This document shows positions 25,571 through 32,000 of a stretch of 32,000 bases of DNA, one piece after another. The stretch is from NCBI RefSeq assembly GCF_001652585.1, contig NZ_LWLG01000003.1, positions 30,001-62,000 on the forward strand. The letters are read 5' to 3'. This stretch comes from Thermosulfurimonas dismutans. GTDB taxonomy: Bacteria; Desulfobacterota; Thermodesulfobacteria; Thermodesulfobacteriales; Thermodesulfobacteriaceae. Below the pieces are notes generated by a model. That model worked only from the letters and a program-made list of their open reading frames with translations, was not told the origin of the DNA and did not search any database. Position 1 is the first letter of the stretch, and every line of letters starts with the position of its first letter. The translations under genes and the position numbers were made by a program.

Positions 25571-26758
25571 ATGAGAAGATCCTCTATAAAGCTTATCATT
25601 TTCCCTGGTTATTATGTGCCTCATCTTGGAGGTCTTGAGACCCACACTGACGAGTTTGCTAAACATCTTTCAGCTGATCCCCGTTTCGAGGTTACGGTTT
25701 TCGCTCCTAACATCCCTCTCGCTCCGGAGTTTGAAGTCCGCCACGAGCGAGTTAAGGTTTATCGTTACCCGGCTTTTGAGATAGTGTCAAACTATCCTTT
25801 TCCTAAACTCTGGTCCCTCAGGTTCTGGCGGTTATGGTTTTCTCTTTATCGTATGGAATTCGATATGGTAATGACCCGCACTCGTTTTTTCTTCAATTCG
25901 TTTCTCGGATTTCTTTTTGCCAAGTTGCGCCTGCGGAGGCTACCGCTAATTCATGTGGAGCACGGAAGTGCCTTTGTGGAGCTTGAGAGCCGCTGGAAAA
26001 CCCTAGCGGCCCGTTTCTATGATCTTACAATAGGTAAGATGATCTTCCGCGGAGCGGACAGGGTTATTGCCATATCCCAGGCCGTAAAGCGTTTCGTAGA
26101 AGAAAACTTTTTGCCCGGAGCTTCCATCCCGGTTATCTACCGTGGGCTGGAATTGGAGGAAATCGAACGGATTCCTCCACATTTGGAGGTCATGGAGAAG
26201 TTTTCTCAGTATATAAAAGTATGCTTCGTGGGTCGGTTTTATAAATGGAAGGGAATTGCTAATTTGATTACTGCCTATAAAAGTCTTCCTCTGGATCTCA
26301 AAGAAAAAACCGTTCTCCTTTTAGTAGGCTATGGAGAGGACGAACCCCGCTTGAAGGCTTTGGCAGAAGAAGATCTCGACCGGAGCATATATTTTTTAGG
26401 AAAACTGCCCTTTGAGGAAGCTATAGGCGTGATCAAAGCCTCTGACATTTATGTCCACCCATCATCGCAGGGAGGGGGGCTTTCGGCTTCACTCCTTCAG
26501 GCTATGGCCTGCGGGTTGAGCATTGTGGCCAGCCCTTATGAGGGTGCCGCTGAGGTCATCCGAGACGGGGTAAACGGTATTCTTCTAAAGGACAACTCGC
26601 CCGAAGATATCAAGAAAGGCCTACTAGCGTTGATAAAAGAGCCTGAAAAGCGGTCGCACCTGGGAAAAGAAGCCAGGCGGCTCATTTACCAGAAATTTCG
26701 CTGGGAAAACGCCATTGAACTTTACCGGAGGGAGTTCGAAAGGTTAGAGTTGGAATGA
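25571..26758 (+). CDS. glycosyltransferase, GT4 family (GT-B fold)
   Basis: N-terminal HLGGLETH, EHGS, and the C-terminal Glycos_transf_1 signature GRFYKWKG...GGGLSASLLQAMACGLSIVAS...GAAEVI.DGVNG. Confidence 0.85.
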   Translation: MRRSSIKLIIFPGYYVPHLGGLETHTDEFAKHLSADPRFEVTVFAPNIPLAPEFEVRHERVKVYRYPAFEIVSNYPFPKLWSLRFWRLWFSLYRMEFDMVMTRTRFFFNSFLGFLFAKLRLRRLPLIHVEHGSAFVELESRWKTLAARFYDLTIGKMIFRGADRVIAISQAVKRFVEENFLPGASIPVIYRGLELEEIERIPPHLEVMEKFSQYIKVCFVGRFYKWKGIANLITAYKSLPLDLKEKTVLLLVGYGEDEPRLKALAEEDLDRSIYFLGKLPFEEAIGVIKASDIYVHPSSQGGGLSASLLQAMACGLSIVASPYEGAAEVIRDGVNGILLKDNSPEDIKKGLLALIKEPEKRSHLGKEARRLIYQKFRWENAIELYRREFERLELE

Positions 26759-28275
26759 ACACTTATACGAAGGCTGCTAGAGGGGTATTCTACCACCTTT
26801 TAACTTATGCCCTTTCGATTCCCTTGGCTTATGTTGTAAGGATACTCTATGCTCATCATTTGCCCAAAGTGGAAGTAGGACTTTTTTACGCCTTGTGGGA
26901 TCTTTTCTTACTGGTGGCTCTTTTTAGATCCCTCGGTGTAGATCAGGCCCTTGTACACTACATCCCCCGCTTTACTGCCCGGAAAGAGGAAAGACATCTG
27001 CCTTCCCTGGTTCTTGCTGCCCTCATTATTCAGCTCTGTGCTACTCTGACGATAGCCTTTATTCTTATCTTACTATCTCCTCAAATTATACATTATTTCC
27101 TTAACGCTAGAGGGGAATTGACCTCCTATGGTCAAACAGCCCAACGAGCTTTAATCCTTTTCGCGCTGGGATATTTTACCTTTTCGAGTTTTTCGGATCT
27201 TTTGGTTGCTTTTTTTCAGGCCCGCCACCGTCAGGGAGTGGTTAGTCTTTATCGGTTATTAAGAACCTTACTGGTACTGATTTTTTCTGTCCTTCTTCTC
27301 AAATTTTTAGATAATGTATACCTTCCATGTCTGGCATATTCCCTAAGTGCTTTGATACTGGTTGGAGTGTATGGATTCTGGGCCTACCACGAGGTTAAAA
27401 CGCGATTGCCATCTTCTTGGATTATTCCTGATTCCAAAAAGTTTTACCGACATGCCAAGCTCATTCTTCCTTACGGACTCTTTATCATGGCCAGCGGGGC
27501 CGGCCATTTTATTCTCACCTACACCGATGGCCTATGTCTTACCTATTTTGGAGGTCTTAAGGCCGTGGCTGAGTATAGAAACGCGGCCACTCCCACAGCA
27601 AATATCCTTTACTACTTTGGAACCTCGGTGAGCCTGGTACTTTTTCCCATAGTTTCAGAACTAAAGGAAAGAAAAGCGCGAGACCTTTTGATCCAGAGTC
27701 TAAACAAAGTCTTTCAGTACACTCTGCTCCTTACTCTGCCGGTAGCCACTCTGCTTATCTTTTATTCTAAAGGAATAGTAAACCTGTTCTTCGGAAAAAA
27801 TTACCTTGGTGCGGTAACTCCTTTGAGAATCCTTGCTCTTGGAATGATCTTTTCTTTGCTCAACAATATAGGTTTTGCCGTTCTTAAAGGCCTGGAGGCT
27901 CCTCAACTTGTTACTAAAGCAATTTATGTAGGAGCGGCTCTGAATTTAGGACTCAATTTGTTTCTAGTGCCGAAGTACGGAGCCGCGGGAGCAGGTCTCG
28001 CCACCTCTCTGAGTTTTTTTGTTATGAACCTCTCGGTTTTCAGATTTATAAAAACAATTTTGAAGTATAATATTGTAAAAAAGGAGTGGTTTAAAATCGT
28101 TCTGATCTCGCTTTTAAGCCTGGGACCAGTTTTTATCATAAAAAAATGGTTGGGAGGAACTTCTTATTCGACAATTATCGAACTGATAAGCTATATAACA
28201 ATCTATATTCTTGTAAGCACACGTCTAGGCTTAGCAACCAAAGAAGCAATTACTATCATTCTTGCGAAAAAGTAA
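26755..28275 (+). CDS. polysaccharide flippase (Wzx-like, MOP superfamily)
   Basis: 506 aa with 12 or more predicted hydrophobic helices, Polysacc_synt-like organization, located inside a glycan cluster. Start overlaps the GT4 stop (ATGA). Confidence 0.82.
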   Translation: MNTYTKAARGVFYHLLTYALSIPLAYVVRILYAHHLPKVEVGLFYALWDLFLLVALFRSLGVDQALVHYIPRFTARKEERHLPSLVLAALIIQLCATLTIAFILILLSPQIIHYFLNARGELTSYGQTAQRALILFALGYFTFSSFSDLLVAFFQARHRQGVVSLYRLLRTLLVLIFSVLLLKFLDNVYLPCLAYSLSALILVGVYGFWAYHEVKTRLPSSWIIPDSKKFYRHAKLILPYGLFIMASGAGHFILTYTDGLCLTYFGGLKAVAEYRNAATPTANILYYFGTSVSLVLFPIVSELKERKARDLLIQSLNKVFQYTLLLTLPVATLLIFYSKGIVNLFFGKNYLGAVTPLRILALGMIFSLLNNIGFAVLKGLEAPQLVTKAIYVGAALNLGLNLFLVPKYGAAGAGLATSLSFFVMNLSVFRFIKTILKYNIVKKEWFKIVLISLLSLGPVFIIKKWLGGTSYSTIIELISYITIYILVSTRLGLATKEAITIILAKK

Positions 28276-29176
28276 ATTGCCAATATTTCAAAAGTTCATC
28301 TAAAATTCCCAACTGTTTTCCAAGGATTGTAGCATCTTCAGTCAGTATCTTTCGTAAAGCCTTTAAAGAATTTTCATCTGCAAATATTTCCGAATGATTG
28401 GTATCTAATAACATTTTTCTCGCCAAACTATCAAACATATAAAGCAAAGTTTCCGGAAAAACTTTTTTGGAAAGGTTGATCAGTTTTCGATTATACAATA
28501 AATGGTAAATTTTTTCACAAATTTTATTGCGAAAAGTTCCTCCTATATTTAATTTAGGGATTTCAAATTTTACCAGTTCTTGCAAAGACACACCTAAGAA
28601 TAATTCTAGATCTTTTAGAACTACCAATCGCTTATCAAGAAGTTTTTCAAAAATTACAATTTTAATATGTTGATACGAAACTTTCTCTAACCATCGAACA
28701 AGCTGTTTCCAAAAAAAACTATGGGAAATATACGGTTCCGGATGACCAGTTTCAAAGCACTTAACAATCTCTTCTAGAGACCTCTTTTCCCATCCTTCTC
28801 TCAATCCCATGAAATATTCTGAGAGGGTTCGTTTGAGAGGATCTCGAAGCACTACAATAAACTTAAGCTCTTGGAAGGCTTTACCGTAAGCATGCCGGAT
28901 ATTGTCAATAGTGGCAGGATGATGAAAATAAATGACACTGGCATCCACTAAAATTTGCTCCTTACTTGCTTTCTCGTAAAGGCGCGCATATTCTTCCAGG
29001 CTTTTCACATGCTTTCCGGGCTGAGAAAAAAACAGGGGCTCCTTCAACTTGTTTGGGAAAAAAAATCGCGGAGACTGATTCAACCAGTAGTAGAAAGAGG
29101 TCGTTCCGCACTTAGCCGCACCAATAATAAAGAGATCCGGAAGCTTTAAGGTTTTTTCTCCAGACTTTATTAACAT
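28256..29176 (-). CDS. sulfotransferase family protein (PAPS-dependent)
   Basis: The 5'-PSB loop is PDLFIIGAAKCGTTSF and the 3'-PB motif is VVLRDPLKRTLSEY. The gene is AT-rich. Its 3' end overlaps the flippase 3' end by 20 nt. Confidence 0.8.
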   Translation of the reverse strand: MLIKSGEKTLKLPDLFIIGAAKCGTTSFYYWLNQSPRFFFPNKLKEPLFFSQPGKHVKSLEEYARLYEKASKEQILVDASVIYFHHPATIDNIRHAYGKAFQELKFIVVLRDPLKRTLSEYFMGLREGWEKRSLEEIVKCFETGHPEPYISHSFFWKQLVRWLEKVSYQHIKIVIFEKLLDKRLVVLKDLELFLGVSLQELVKFEIPKLNIGGTFRNKICEKIYHLLYNRKLINLSKKVFPETLLYMFDSLARKMLLDTNHSEIFADENSLKALRKILTEDATILGKQLGILDELLKYWQFTFSQE

Positions 29177-30387
29177 ACCGCCCTTTCAAGTACTCTTTCC
29201 CATCGGTCTATAACTGAGCGCCATTCGAAATCTTGACTTCTCAGAAAGCCTTGCATGTAGCGAGTTCGCAAGCCTTTGTCCTTCGTAATAGCAAGCATTA
29301 AAGAGCTTAGTTCTTCTTCCTGTGGTAAGAAGGGGCGACCCTCCAAGCCTTCCCATATTGTTTCTTGCGGGAGAGGGGAACAGAGAATTCCAAAACTTCC
29401 GTAGTAAGGATAGTCTAATTTTTCTTCTATATCCACCTCCGGGCAAAGGATCTCCCGGGGTCCTGAAGGACAGTCCACCGATATTACTGGTACACCTATT
29501 GCTAACGCCTCTATGAGCACATTCGGAAGTCCCTCCCACAGGGAGGTAAAAACAAAACAATGCGCCCGCGCCAAAAACTTAAAGGGATTCCTTTGAACCC
29601 CCAAAAAATGCACCCGCCCCTCAAGACCAAGATTCCTAACAAGCTCCTCCAACTTATCTCTGAGCTCCCCATCCCCAAGAATCACCAACCTAGCATCTGG
29701 GCACTCATCCACCATCTTTCTAAAAGCCCTGATTAGAAACCACTGACCCTTTTGGAAAGTCAAACGTCCCATGTTGATGAAAACGGGCCCCTTTCGGAAA
29801 ATGGCCTCTTCCGCCGGGGACAAAGGAGCGCGGGCTTTGGCTCGATAGAGCTCCAGCGGATGAGGATTGGGGATCACTTCCATCTTTTCGGAAGGCACCT
29901 TAAAGTCCCGAACCAGACACCTCTTAATCCCTTCAGAGACAACTACTATCCGTGAAGCCTTAGGATAAAGGCATCGGATCAAGGCCCGGTGGAGGATGCC
30001 ATAGAGGGTCCTCCTAGGATACATCGCACCGGGGTGTATTCGCACAGAGATCACCACGGGCTTGCGAAGGGTTTTTCCTACCATAATGTTGATAAAGTTG
30101 GACAGTTCCAGGAAAGAGAGGAGAAGATCAGGGGCATTTCTTCGGGTTAGATTCAAATATCTAAAAAAAAGCAACGGCAGGATAGCGAGTTTTATCCAAT
30201 AGGGAGTGTATAAGGAAAGTCTCGAGAGAGGACGATACGCTACTCCTCCACTGATATCATAAAAACAGTCCTTCTCCAGTCCATAAAAAAGAATACGGTG
30301 TCTTTTGGCTAGCTCTCCCACCAGCGTTGCCGCCACCCTCTCCGCCCCTCCGGTAGTGAGAGAATTGATGAGGAATTGAAAAGTCAT
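29170..30387 (-). CDS. glycosyltransferase, GT4 family
   Basis: N-terminal SLTTGGAERV, and the C-terminal GRLTFQKG...FTSLWEGLPNVLIEALAIGVPVIS signature. Confidence 0.85.
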   Translation of the reverse strand: MTFQFLINSLTTGGAERVAATLVGELAKRHRILFYGLEKDCFYDISGGVAYRPLSRLSLYTPYWIKLAILPLLFFRYLNLTRRNAPDLLLSFLELSNFINIMVGKTLRKPVVISVRIHPGAMYPRRTLYGILHRALIRCLYPKASRIVVVSEGIKRCLVRDFKVPSEKMEVIPNPHPLELYRAKARAPLSPAEEAIFRKGPVFINMGRLTFQKGQWFLIRAFRKMVDECPDARLVILGDGELRDKLEELVRNLGLEGRVHFLGVQRNPFKFLARAHCFVFTSLWEGLPNVLIEALAIGVPVISVDCPSGPREILCPEVDIEEKLDYPYYGSFGILCSPLPQETIWEGLEGRPFLPQEEELSSLMLAITKDKGLRTRYMQGFLRSQDFEWRSVIDRWERVLERAVC

Positions 30388-31364
30388 GGTTTAAGATAAT
30401 ACATGTGAAAAGAAAAAAGACGATTGGATTGTTCAAAAAAAGTAGCTAAGGAGTCTATATCTTTAATTTCTTCTAATTGTTTGGCAAAAGGATTTAGAGT
30501 TTTGAAGAGGTTGACTTTATTTTTAAAATACAAAGAAAATAAGATAGGATAGTCATAGATAACTTTTATTAACTTTCCTCCAAATTCTTTGAAAGTATTC
30601 AAGAGCTTTAAAGTGTTCTTCTTTCCAATAATATGTGGATGCACCTCTAATACCAATCCGTAATTTTTTTGTTTGCAGAAAAAATCTTTAAAATGGCAAA
30701 ACAGTTCATATTCATAACCTTCAACATCCATTCTTACTAAAAAGCTCTTAGAATTTAAAATGGTTTTATAATGATTTATTAAAGTCTCTAAACTAATAGT
30801 CTGAACTTTTTCTAAGTAAAAATTTTTGAAAAAAGGTAAGGTCTTTAAAGAACTCCAATTACCTTGACTAGGGATCTTTATTTCAACCCATTCATCGGAA
30901 CGCAAAGAAACAGCTTTTTTAATTAAAAAAGTTTTGCTTATTATATTTTCTTTAGCATTATTAAAAAAGAGATTCTCTTTAAGTAATTCAAAATTTCTAT
31001 GAACAGGCTCGACTGCAACAATATTACTTAGTGAATTCTCGAGTTCCAAGAGACAATAAAATCCTATATTAGCTCCAATATCAAAAATTACATCAAATTT
31101 ATGATTTTCCAAGAATTTCCTAAAAAATAACACATTATGTTCTTCTCTTATTCTAGCCAATAATAACTCATTTGTTATTCCTTCATCATTTAGATCTAAT
31201 ATCATAGAGAATTTATTAAAATATTTAGGTCTTAGAACAATAAACCTGACTCCTTTCTTTTTTAGAGTTCTTTTGAGTAAGCCAATTTTTAAAAAACACA
31301 AAACTTTTAAATAAGTATCTAAAATTTTTATACCAATTGTATAGAGATTAGAAAATATTAACAT
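30384..31364 (-). CDS. FkbM-family SAM-dependent methyltransferase
   Basis: FDIGANIGFYCL (the FkbM/TIGR01444 SAM loop) and VRMDVEGYE. The coding sequence is very AT-rich. Confidence 0.75.
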   Translation of the reverse strand: MLIFSNLYTIGIKILDTYLKVLCFLKIGLLKRTLKKKGVRFIVLRPKYFNKFSMILDLNDEGITNELLLARIREEHNVLFFRKFLENHKFDVIFDIGANIGFYCLLELENSLSNIVAVEPVHRNFELLKENLFFNNAKENIISKTFLIKKAVSLRSDEWVEIKIPSQGNWSSLKTLPFFKNFYLEKVQTISLETLINHYKTILNSKSFLVRMDVEGYEYELFCHFKDFFCKQKNYGLVLEVHPHIIGKKNTLKLLNTFKEFGGKLIKVIYDYPILFSLYFKNKVNLFKTLNPFAKQLEEIKDIDSLATFFEQSNRLFSFHMYYLKP

Positions 31365-32000
31365 ATGTTTTGCCTGTATGCTCTATATAATTAAAATACC
31401 AATCTAAGAATAAAATAGTTCGGATTAAATAAACACGATAAAGAACAAATTTTTTGCTAAATAACGTATGATAATTTAAAAATTTGTATAATGTAAATGA
31501 CAGTCCTTCCAAAATACCCAAAGCCTGAGCAAGAAAGCTTTTTAGCCACTTCTCTCTCAAAATCCATTCTTCAATAGGAGGAATGAATCCCTGTTTACTC
31601 CTTTGAACGATGATTTCCGGCACAATATCCTTGATAATCTCCCGCATGAGCTTTTTGGTCTTGAAGAGATCCACCTTCCAGCAGGTAGGGATGCGCTGAC
31701 TGAATTCGACAAAGCGGTAGTCCAGAAAAGGGCTGCGCACCTCAAGAGCGTTAGCCATGGAGGCCCGATCAACCTTGGTCAAGAAATAGTCCGGAAGGGT
31801 GTTGTATAGGAGATCAAAAATGCGCAAGGCCTCGGCCAGAGAACCTCCGGCTTTTGGGAGGCAAAAACGAAGTTTTTCGGTGGTCCACTCCCGGTAAATC
31901 GGAGGACGATAGGCATCCTCAGGAAGAGAATCAGCAAAAAATCTCTCGGGCGGACTCAACGAAAGCCGAAAAGCTTCCTTCAGAAGATACAGATTAGACG
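31348..32000 (-). CDS. asparagine synthase (glutamine-hydrolysing)-like amidotransferase, C-terminal part (5'-partial, open to the window edge)
   Basis: The reading frame stays open upstream of the track's TTG at 31959 as far as base 32000 (..SNLYLLKEAFRLSLSPPERFF..). The AsnB C-domain motif KVDRASMANALEVRSPFLDYRFVEF is present. Confidence 0.8.
   Translation of the reverse strand, partial: SNLYLLKEAFRLSLSPPERFFADSLPEDAYRPPIYREWTTEKLRFCLPKAGGSLAEALRIFDLLYNTLPDYFLTKVDRASMANALEVRSPFLDYRFVEFSQRIPTCWKVDLFKTKKLMREIIKDIVPEIIVQRSKQGFIPPIEEWILREKWLKSFLAQALGILEGLSFTLYKFLNYHTLFSKKFVLYRVYLIRTILFLDWYFNYIEHTGKTYVNIF

Noticed and set aside
28256-31560. Calling the AT-rich block a mobile genetic element or genomic island.
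   Set aside because: No integrase, transposase, direct-repeat borders or adjacent tRNA were found. The anomaly is compositional only, so it is reported as a mosaic glycan locus rather than annotated as a mobile element.

Overview
This is a 32-kb bacterial chromosomal window with dense, mostly co-linear housekeeping genes. I found no rRNA, CRISPR array, transposase or integrase. The proteins are rich in Glu, Lys, Arg and Leu, and the gene content suggests a thermophilic anaerobe, but that is inference only. From left to right the window holds: (1) the 3' part of a NifE-like nitrogenase-family gene; (2) an apparently sigma-54-driven amtB-glnK unit followed by a TorF/Gcw_chp-type outer-membrane porin gene; (3) a minus-strand 94-nt tRNA with selenocysteine-tRNA-like architecture but a GCA (Cys) anticodon; (4) a TIGR01212/YhcC-type radical-SAM gene; (5) a biotin cluster bioA-bioF-bioG-bioC-bioD, with bioB convergent and sitting behind ppsA; (6) topA; (7) a tiny TopA-type zinc-ribbon ORF interrupted by an in-frame UGA, with a SECIS-like hairpin at the canonical distance; (8) a PNP/UDP-family gene and a J-domain gene; (9) a sigma-54-driven glnB-glnD-glnA operon; (10) a receiver-only response regulator plus a GAF histidine kinase; (11) ndk, thiL and a cupin gene; (12) a surface-glycan cluster (GT4, Wzx-like flippase, sulfotransferase, GT4, FkbM methyltransferase, AsnB-like amidotransferase) that is compositionally mosaic and partly very AT-rich. 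The two observations most worth follow-up are the Sec-shaped tRNA(GCA) and the UGA-containing zinc-ribbon ORF with its hairpin. Everything here comes from reading the sequence and the ORF track by eye; no searches or folding programs were run.
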